NCBI RefSeq assembly: GCF_006345805.1
Contig: NW_021834373.1
Span: 1 to 49,646 of the forward strand
Length of the DNA: 49,646 nucleotides
Direction: 5' to 3'
DNA from: Octopus sinensis
Lineage: Eukaryota
This document shows positions 38,025 through 47,472 of the stretch, in pieces (the first letter of the stretch is position 1; every line of letters begins with the position of its first letter). The notes under the pieces are model-generated. The model searched no databases. It was not told the origin of the DNA and saw only the letters and a list, made by a program, of their open reading frames with translations. Made by a program: the position numbers and the translations under genes.

Positions 38025-38335
38025 GATGTGATTGTCGGTTGTTTGACTTTAACCAGCTGAGCATGTCCTTAGTGGCTGACGATATGTACATCTCTGATCA
38101 GGAGCGGAAGTAGTGGGGGAGCATCATAGTCATGTGTTGAGAGGAATTATTTAGGGCTTGGATAATTTACCTCTGGAAACATGGGCGTTTTTTTCAACAT
38201 CCTTAAACAAACCTTATTCTCGGACCTTTTGAGTGGGATGGGCTACTCGACCTGAAGAAAATTCTAACTGGGTCCCACCTTGCAAGGTCATGTGCTGTTG
38301 ATCTTGATGAGATCACCATGTCGGGTACGCATGCT
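38025..38335. repeat. Unclassified interspersed repeat
   Basis: GC-richer block that I recall as a common octopus repeat. It is single-copy in this window, so it cannot be confirmed internally. Confidence 0.3.
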
Positions 38336-38444
38336 TCTGATATATATATATAGTTGAAATTTACAAAAAAAAAAAAAAAGACGAAGACAAATGTATAAAC
38401 AACAAACTGGTGTATTAGTTTAACGCTCGGGAAGGTGAGAAAGT

Positions 38445-38480
38445 CTTTTACGTTTCAAGCCTATGCTCTTCAACAGAAAG
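38445..38480 (-). ncRNA. Minimal hammerhead-like motif (CUGUNGA variant)
   Basis: CUUU-CUGUUGA-A-GAGC-AUAG-GCUU-GAAAC-GUA-AAAG. Confidence 0.45.
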
Positions 38481-38587
38481 GAACACGAAGATATAAACAA
38501 AAAAGAAAAAACTTCTGGAGCTAGCATATATATTATATATATTTATATAATTATATTATATTATGTATGTATATATATACATAATGT

Positions 38588-38643
<56 letters not shown>

Positions 38644-38692
38644 AGAGAGAGAGATCTTCTTTATAAGAGAGATCTATATAAGAGAGATCTTT

Positions 38693-38890
38693 TTAAGTAT
38701 TAGAAATAGCTGAAGAAATTTCTTTAGCTGCTATTCTAATGAGTTCAGTATGTGGCAAAGTAATTTATTTTACTTAGCCATTATATATAATGTAATATTT
38801 GAATTCGCCTATAATGGTCCCTTTACATACTGAATACTTGGTGAAATTGATTAATAATTAATTAATTTTACCCTCAATTGTTGAAATTAT
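38693..38890 (-). repeat. Dispersed copy of the first ~200 bp of the 540-bp tandem unit
   Basis: Reverse complement aligns with 47473-~47672 (diverged). Confidence 0.85.
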
Positions 38891-38924
38891 ATATACATAT
38901 ATATATAATATATGTGTATATATG

Positions 38925-38956
<32 letters not shown>

Positions 38957-39863
38957 TGTATGTATGTATGTATGTATGTGTGCGCGCGCGCGTTGTTTAG
39001 TTCCAAGTAAGTTCTGACCGAGCGAACCTAGGATTAAAAGCTTTCCAGCTGTGGTCATCCACTCTTTTTTTTTATATGCAAAGTTTGTGAATTAGTATTC
39101 GAACGATATTTGGCTGCTCTTACTGGAATATCGAAGGTTCACATCGAAACTTCTTCGCACAAATAACGCTGTCAACAATGCTAAACAGAGATATCGTTGA
39201 TTCATAAGTTCAGACACTGCTTATCTGTCTCCGATAAAGTGAAAAGAAAGCAACAATTTTCAATAACAAAGCAGTTAATTCACTGTTTATATCCTCATGA
39301 TATGTCGACGATCGATAACGAAATTTGATGGGCCAAAAGTACATGGAAATTTGATTGATCGTGGAAAAAATAATCGCTGAAAAATTCGTCACATGATCAT
39401 ATATTCATCAGCAGGCGCAGAATATTGAATAACTTCACATGTTCACATGCGAAAACACGTGATGTTTGTATGTATCATGTACTATAACAACTGGTATCGT
39501 GTGCTATTTCTATTTAATACAGCTTCATGCCCCATAATCACTCGAAAGCAGCATGATGCATCTATTATTAAAGTTTTAACGACGATCAATAAAAGAATGC
39601 TTTTTTTGTTTTTAATAAATGAATATCCTTTTTTTTTCAGCCTAAAGAAAATCCATTACGTAGAAAATAGAGCATTTTATCCTGTTGGTAATTGGAAATT
39701 TGTCCATAATTTGTCACAGAAGTGTCTGCAAAAATCCAGTAATTGCGATGTTTTGATCGAAGTTGGAAAGGATTTTATAGAATGTGAGACTTCCCTTAGA
39801 GAGATAAATCGCATCTTCTTGAGCAGTTAATGCAGGACACAGATTCAATAACGGACCAATCGA

Positions 39864-40010
<147 letters not shown>

Positions 40011-40013
40011 TAT

Positions 40014-40221
40014 AATCTTTTCTATTTTAGGCACACGGCCTGAAATTTGTGGGGAGGAGACTGGTCGATTACATCGACCCCAGCACTCAACTGGTACTTA
40101 ATTTATCAACCCCGAAAGGATGAAAGGTAAATTCGACCTCGGCGGTATTTGAACGTAAAGGAAGACGAAAAACCGCTGAGCATTCTGCCCGGTGTGCTAA
40201 CGATTCTGCCAGCTCGTCGCC
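40014..40221 (-). mobile_element. SINE family A head with tail B
   Basis: Same head and central domain as 4427; tail as 44330-44380. Confidence 0.85.
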
Positions 40222-40230
40222 ATAATAATG

Positions 40231-40452
40231 ACTCTTTTACTAATTTATTTGTTTCAGTCATTTGACTGTGGCCATGCTGGAGCATCGACTTTAGTCGAGC
40301 CAATCGACCACAGGACTTATTCTTTGTAAGCCCAGTACTTATTCTATCGGTCTCTTTTGCCGAACCGCTAAGCTACACGGACGTAAACACACCAACATCG
40401 GTTGTCAAGCGATGTTGTGGGGACAAACACAGACACACAAACATATACACAC
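40231..40452 (-). mobile_element. SINE family C, 3' half
   Basis: Inverted counterpart of 40762-40977. Confidence 0.88.
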
Positions 40453-40594
40453 ATATATACATATGTATACAAATGTCTTCAACTATAGCCTCGCGCCGAC
40501 CAAAGCCTTGTGAGTGGATTTGGTTAGCGAAAACTGAAAGAAGCACGTCGTACACACACACACACACACACGCACACACATACATATAAGTATA

Positions 40595-40977
40595 TAAGTA
40601 GCTTGGTTACCAACCACATGGTTCCAGGTTCTATCCCGCTGCGTGGCACCTTGGGCAAGTGTTTTCTACTATAGCTTCGGGCCGACCAAAGCCTTGTGAG
40701 TGGATTTGGTAGACGGAAACTGAAAGAAGCCCGTCATATATATGTATACATATATGTATGTGTGTGTATATGTTTGTGTGTCTGTGTTTGTCCACCCAAC
40801 ATCGCTTGACAACCGATGCTGGTGTGTTTACGTCCCCGTAACTTAGCGGTTCGGCAAAAGAGACCGATAGAATAAGTACTAGGCTTACAAAGAATAAGTG
40901 CTGGGGTCGATTTGCTTGACTAAAGGCGATGCTCCAGCATGGCCACAGTCAAATGACTGAAACAAGTAAAAGAGAGT
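40595..40977 (+). mobile_element. SINE family C, near full length (CORE-like body); a partial copy precedes it at ~40470-40555
   Basis: tRNA-like head remnant, CTGCGTGGCACCTTGGGCAAGTG CORE-like block, internal TA/TG tract and 3' CAGTCAAATGACTGAAACAAGTAAAAG. Confidence 0.9.
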
Positions 40978-41059
40978 ATATATATATATATTATATATAT
41001 ATATATATTATATATATATATATATATTATATATAATTATATATATATATATATATATA

Positions 41060-42651
41060 CACTGGCGAAAATAAATTTAAGGCCGATGATAAAAGTTCTA
41101 TTTCTTACAAAATGTTTTGTTACTAACACCATACAAATTATTTTTATATTTTACACTTTATGCAGAATTCATTTGTCTTTCGAATGATGTAGATAATTAC
41201 TAATTTCATACAATTTGAAGAGTTCTAATACTAAATTAATATAAACGTTTCAAATTTACAGGCAAAATTAGTTTAAGACCATATCATTATAATTTTATTT
41301 AAAGCTTAAGATTGTAGCAAAAATGAGCAACAAGAACGAAATACATATTAGTACTTTGTGCCTTAGCCTTTATTCTTAATAACAGCTGAACAACGCCTCG
41401 GCATTGAATTCCCTAAGTGATTACAAAATTCTATGGGAATGTTTTGCTATATTTCATTGATATAATCGAATAATTGTTTTAGATTAGATGGTTTTTAACA
41501 TGTACTTTTTTGGAAACATAATTCCACAAGTTCTCCGGGCTCTGGGGAGGGCATTCGATTACGTCAATATTATGGCGATCAAAAACTTCCATAACCTTTT
41601 TGGCTTTGTGCACAGGACTATTGTCTTGCTGATAAATAGCCCCCGGAGGCATTTGGTGAGTCAAATATGGTACAACTTTATCCTTTAGTACATTTATATA
41701 ACCTACACTATTTAGCTTTCCATCAACTTTAACTAGAGGGCCAACACCAAAGCTACTATATGCCGCCCAAACCATCACCCCCACCCCGCTTGCGGATGGA
41801 ATTCCTCGGTTGGGCGACGTCTGACGTATGTTTTACCATCTAATCCAAACATACAGAAGCGTGACTCGTCACTCTAAAGGGCCCTGCACCAATCTTTGGC
41901 AGTCTATTGAGCATGGCTTTTTGCGAAATTAAGGCGTTTTAGTCGAAATCTTTCGGATATTATTGGCTTTTTCCTAGCGATTCGTTCATGTAGTCCAAAT
42001 TCTCTAAAACGGTTGAGGATGGTTTGAGGTGTAAAAATAAAACCATTCTCGTTGGACAATTGTTTACAAATGTCAACGGCTGTAAACATTCGGTTGCCTT
42101 CCGAAAGTCGGTGGATTCGACAGTTCAAATGCGCCGTTGTTTTTCTTGAGGTGCGAGTCCTTTGCCGATCTTTATATTGACCAGTCTCCGAGTATAACTT
42201 CCACGCTTGCACGCAAGCCGTTTTACTGCACTTTAGTTGCTTGCTGAAGTTCGAAACGGAAATTTTTTTGGTGGTGTAATACGGTTTTTGCTCTCGTGAT
42301 TGAACTGAGGCTACGTTGTTTTCCCATTATTAATCAATTGTATAATAACGTTAAATTATAACACTATATAGTTCAGTTAGGCTAGTTGTGTGACCACTTA
42401 TTTTGGCAAAAAATTGCATACATATTAAATAGTCTTAAACTAATTTTGCCGGTAAATTTGAAACGTTTATATTAATTTAGTATTAGAATTCTTCAAGTTG
42501 TATAAAAATAGTAATTGCCTGCATCATTCGAAAGAGAAATAAATTCTGCATAAGGTGTAAAATATAAAAATAATTTGTATGGTGTTAGTAACAAAATATT
42601 TTGTAAGAAATAGAACTTTTATCGTCGGTCTTAAATTTATTTTCGCCAGTG
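41060..42651 (-). mobile_element. Tc1-family DNA transposon, 1592 bp, ~220-bp TIRs, decayed
   Basis: TIRs 41060-41279 / 42432-42651 (CACTGGCGAAAAT...); left flank TA, right flank TT. Confidence 0.93.
41479..42300 (-). pseudogene. Tc1 transposase (HTH + DDE), frameshifted
   Basis: ARKKPIIS..RLKRLNFAKSH, SDESRF, VMVWAA, QQDNSPVH and PPQSPENLW. Confidence 0.9.
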
Positions 42652-42653
42652 TT

Positions 42654-42832
42654 TATATTTATTTACATTAAGGCCATTACTACACGTAAATGCCTCACGC
42701 TATGAGGGACTCCTAAAGTCAAAACTACCATAATAAATACCCAGGGTATTTATTATGGTAGTTTTAACTTTAAGGGTCCCTCATACCCTGAGGCATTTAA
42801 GTGTAGGAATGCTCTTAATGTAAATAAATATA
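42654..42832. repeat. 179-bp foldback palindrome (1-nt centre at 42743)
   Basis: ...ACTACCATAATAAATACCC-A-GGGTATTTATTATGGTAGT...; the outer arms are imperfect. Confidence 0.9.
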
Positions 42833-42943
42833 TTTAAAGGGAATAATTATAAACTTTTCCCTTATGAGGTCTTCATGGTGACTACTTGATAAATTCTTAT
42901 AAAGATTTTATTCTATTTTAAATTTACATATATATATATGTAT

Positions 42944-42989
<46 letters not shown>

Positions 42990-42993
42990 ACAC

Positions 42994-43038
<45 letters not shown>

Positions 43039-43347
43039 TGTGTTTAGAGATGTGAATATATAATACACATATGGTTTCCGTCCACCAAAACCTGCTCACA
43101 GAAACGTTGATGTCTTGTTTGCCAAGATGCTGTGCAATGAGATCGAACACGGAATAATGTATTAGCGAAACGGATCTCTTGTCTACAGAGCAATGCTGCC
43201 AATGGTAAAGTGGGCTGAGTGGATTTAGTAGCGTCAAAATCGATAATGATCGCTGTTTTCTATATTATCTCGTTACTCAAACCTTTAATCAATGATCAGT
43301 GTTCGATATGGATATAAATACAGTTTAACTTCAGGGTCTTGAACAAT

Positions 43348-43546
43348 CTATACATACATACATACATACATACATACATACATACATACATACATACATA
43401 CATACATACATACATACATACACATAAATACATGCATACATACATACACACATACATATATACATACGTACATACATACATACATACATACAAAGAAACA
43501 CATACAAAGATGCACACATACATACATACACACACATACAAAGATG

Positions 43547-43584
<38 letters not shown>

Positions 43585-43905
43585 CATACGCACACACATA
43601 CATATATATACATACATACACACATACACATACAAACATACATACTTAAATACATAGCGTCAGGCTACATACACATACATATATGCAGGCATACATACAT
43701 ACATACGTACACACATACACATGCAAAGATGCATACATACATATATATACACATACATACATACACGCACATACAAACATACATACATACATGCACATAC
43801 ACATACAAGTATATATACATAAATACATACACACATACATATAATAATATGTGTACGTATGTGTATGTGCATCATCGTGTATGTGTGTGTGTGTGTGTGT
43901 GTCTG
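43348..43905. repeat. (CATA)n/(CA)n/(TA)n compound microsatellite
   Basis: Directly visible. Confidence 0.95.
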
Positions 43906-44109
43906 TAATATAATTTATTGTTTTTGACATTATTTTTTTATCGACACATACAAAAAGGTGAGGAGAAACCAGTTATTGATTTGTAAGTATTCGATACTCA
44001 GCGTATATTTGTAACTTTTGTTTGAGTTGCTAAACAGTCTTTTTATTTCATTAGCTACTCAGCTGTTTGTTTTCGTTTTTTTTTACATCACGAAAATCAT
44101 CATAATCGC

Positions 44110-44150
<41 letters not shown>

Positions 44151-44169
44151 GCTTCATCTTCATTACCAT

Positions 44170-44380
44170 CGGCGAGCTGGCAGAATCGTTAGCACGCCGG
44201 GCAAAATGCTTAGCGGCATTTCGTCTGTCTTTATGTACTGCGTTCAAATTCCACTGAGGTCGACTTTGCCTTTCATCCCTTAGGGGTTCGATGAAATAAG
44301 TACCTTTGAAACACTTGGGTCGACGAAATCAACTATTCCCCTCCCCAAATTTTAGGTCTTGTGCCTATAGTAGAGAGGAT
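44170..44380 (+). mobile_element. SINE family A head with tail B, ending in (ATT)n
   Basis: GGCGAGCTGGCAGAATCGTTAGCACGCC...CCCCAAATTTTAGGTCTTGTGCCTATAGTAGAGAGG. Confidence 0.85.
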
Positions 44381-44400
44381 TATTATTATTATTATTATTA

Positions 44401-44419
<19 letters not shown>

Positions 44420-44438
<19 letters not shown>

Positions 44439-44574
44439 TATGTTTGACTTTTGCTTTATATTTGTACAAGTTGGCTCCAAGTCTCACCCAGAGACCTCAA
44501 GAGACAAGAGGTTGGAAGTCGTGTTGTTGTTATGCCTAGTGTGCCATATATTTGGTTTTGTATTTAGTGTTTTG

Positions 44575-44580
<6 letters not shown>
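44420..44580 (-). mobile_element. 3'UTR fragment of the R4/Dong-like family
   Basis: Homologous to 35716-35860 and embedded in (ATT)n on both sides. Confidence 0.85.
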
Positions 44581-44615
<35 letters not shown>

Positions 44616-44617
44616 GC

Positions 44618-45165
44618 TAACCTGTGGGTTTATGTCGAACACCTGCTGTCGCGTGTGGGATACATCCGGCTACCAGCTGAAGCCATTGTGAAGATTGTGC
44701 CGCCGCCCTTTTTTGACCGGAATGGGCAAGCAATTTTTATTTGTCTAGTGGCTGTAGCGAAAGAGGTAGTATGGTGGACCCGTTTGAAAGGGCTAAAGAT
44801 AGACACTTTCCTCTTTGGCAAAGCCCTCATCAAATTTTTCAAGTTTCACTTGAAAAGGAAGTTGAGGGTGGAGAGAGAAGTGTTGCCTTATAACAAGTTT
44901 GTTGAAAGGTGAGTGAATGTTGGAAGAATGGCCAGTGTGAAAGGACCAATTCTGAGCGTGCACCTGTAAAAAGGGAATCAAAGGAGATGAGTACGTTGTG
45001 TAATTTGGTTTTTGGCCCCTGCCGAGACAGACTGAAAAGTTTGACGCGTGATCATGTGTAAAGATAAACGCCATCAGTTGGTGTTTCACAGGGTTTTGGT
45101 GAGCACACAGTCTTGTTTCATTGGAGGAGCTGGATACAATGCTAACTTCTGAAGAATTGGGCAAA
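44618..45165 (+). mobile_element. 3' fragment of a second, diverged Tx1-family LINE
   Basis: LW..VEHLLSRVGYIRLPAEAIVKIVPPP...AKEVVWWTRLKG...FFKFHLKRKLRVER, homologous to 23080-23445. Confidence 0.85.
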
Positions 45166-45282
45166 ACCAGATAGATAGATAGATAGATAGATAGATACAT
45201 ACATACATACATACATACATACATACATACATACATACAAAGATACATACAAACAAATATATATATATATATATATTCCTTT

Positions 45283-45509
45283 ATTCTTTTACTAGTTTCA
45301 GTCATTTGACTGTGGCCCTGCCGGAATACCGCCTTTAGTCGAACAAAACGACCTCTAGCCTAGTACTTATTCTAACAGTCTCTTTTGCCTGCCGAACCGC
45401 TAAGTTACGGGGACGTAAACACACCAACATCGGTTGTCAAGCGATTGTAGAGAGACGAACAGACACACAAACATATACACATACATACATACATACATTA
45501 CATACATAC

Positions 45510-45571
<62 letters not shown>

Positions 45572-45722
45572 GACGAGATTCAGCTTCCGTCTACCAAATC
45601 AATTCACAAGGCTTTGGTCGGCCCGAGGCAATAGTAGAAGACACTTGCTCAAGGTGCCACGCAGTGTAACTGAACTCGGAACCATGTGTTTGGTAAGCAA
45701 GCTACTTACCACAGTCCTGCGC
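45283..45722 (-). mobile_element. SINE family C, full length with internal (TA)n expansion
   Basis: Head at 45722, 3' end at 45283. Confidence 0.85.
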
Positions 45723-46308
45723 TTTATACATCAGTTATACATCATATTTAATCCAAATGAGTCCGACATACATTTCTGTTGCATAGACACGTCGCAACTA
45801 CATTTGTACTCTGTTTCATTCATCTAGTTAGTAGTCTATGGAACTTTATTCAAGGACCAGTCACTGTCAGGGTTTGTAGCGATCATATGCAGAACACACT
45901 TAAATTAAGTGTACTGTATATTTGACAGTAAGAATAAAAAAAACATACATATATATTAATCTCTGTATTCATTGAAATTGCCTTGGCTAAACACTCGGTA
46001 AAATATTTATAATTCAGTGAAACGCACTCAGGATGGGATTGCTTACCTCAAATAATCCTTGAATATTGGGATTGCTTACCTCAAATAATCCTCGATGCTC
46101 CTTACCACTTGATGCTGTTAGTCATAGCTTGAATTATAATAGGGTACCCGCCTGGACATATTGTCCCTATCAATTCACTATATACACATACACGTACACA
46201 CGTTTTGTCCCAAACTTTACAAAAAGAAAATAAGAACAAAAGGTAGAGACAGGTGAGAGATCAACAAACAAGATGTATTAGTTTGACGCTGAAGGAAAAT
46301 GGAATAGT

Positions 46309-46344
46309 CTTTGACGTTTCGAACCTACGCTCTTCTACAGAAAG
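46309..46344 (-). ncRNA. Minimal hammerhead-like motif (CUGUNGA variant, GUC site)
   Basis: CUUU-CUGUAGA-A-GAGC-GUAG-GUUC-GAAAC-GUC-AAAG. Confidence 0.48.
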
Positions 46345-46403
46345 GAATGGGTAGAGCAAACCGATGGAGAGACGAAAAGAGAAAACTGAAAAAGAATAAA
46401 ACG

Positions 46404-46457
<54 letters not shown>

Positions 46458-46469
46458 TATATATATATA

Positions 46470-46569
46470 CGAGGGGTGTATGAAAAATCTTCAGCCTAAA
46501 AAACAAAACATGGTACAAGACTTCAAAGCTCAAGGGTCTTGACGGCTCAAACTTTTCATACATCCCTCG
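46470..46569. mobile_element. 100-bp mariner-type MITE in a (TA)n tract
   Basis: TA|CGAGGGGTGTATGAAAA ... TTTTCATACATCCCTCG|TA: 17-bp TIR with 1 mismatch. Confidence 0.85.
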
Positions 46570-46614
<45 letters not shown>

Positions 46615-46617
<3 letters not shown>

Positions 46618-47332
46618 CAAAATAAGCAACAAGAATAACTTCGGTAATTTGGTACGATCGTTTCACGCTACATCATTTTATTAAATGTTGTAAGTATTAC
46701 AACAGTTTTAAAATGTTGAGCAATCATCACCCATTAATACATAATTTTCGTATCAATTGATAACATTATAGAGAAGGTAGATGCATAGACAAAGATGTCG
46801 ATTTGAATTTTAAGAACATTAGGGTAGTAGAGTTTATCAACTGACTGAAGAATATTCAGAATATTCAGTTATTTTGAACTGCTAGAAGGTTTGGGAAGAA
46901 TGATCAGTTGAAAGAAGGCAAAAAAGATTTTCTATTTATAGAAATAGGGGTGAAATAGATGTCAAAGTTCTTTATAAAGAAATTAAGGTAGAGAGAGGGT
47001 TGTACTGCTACAGAGGCTGTTTACTACTATTTGGCAAACAGATTTTGTATTAGGAAAACTAGGTCAATGTCAGATGGTCCCAGTGACCACTTATAGAGAA
47101 TACAGAGATCCTTTTATACTTATATACATCAACTTTATACTTAGCTGATAGGTTTCGAATACTTTGATACGTTGGATTAAAGGGGAAATTATAAATCTAA
47201 TAATTGATAGATTTTTCTCCAAAATGAATAAATATTAGATTTATAATTTCCTCTTTAATCCAACCTATCAAAATATTCAAAACCTATCAGCTAAGTATAT
47301 TACCGAAGTTATTCTTGTTGCTTATTTTGATT
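46615..47332. repeat. Segment bounded by a perfect 34-bp inverted repeat, with an internal 66-bp hairpin (Penelope-terminus-like)
   Basis: 46615-46648 / 47299-47332 are identical. Inner arms 47137-47202 / 47233-47298 have 4 mismatches. Confidence 0.88.
46650..46733 (-). ncRNA. Type I hammerhead-like motif with long helix II
   Basis: UGG-GUGAUGA-UUGCU[long hairpin]AGCGU-GAAAC-GAUC-GUA-CCA; core one change from CUGAUGA. Confidence 0.55.
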
Positions 47333-47472
47333 ATAATCACCCCATGGATTTATATGGATAACACCATACTAAATTCTGGTGCATCTAACTTAAGTACCAT
47401 ATTCATTTGAATCTAAATTTTACTGAACTTATATATATATAAATATGTATATATATATATATGTATATATAT

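Noticed and set aside
38730-38770. CUAAUGAG...CAAAG as another hammerhead in the dispersed half of the 540-bp unit
   Set aside because: Lacks G5 and G12 and has no stem I pairing; too degenerate to support.
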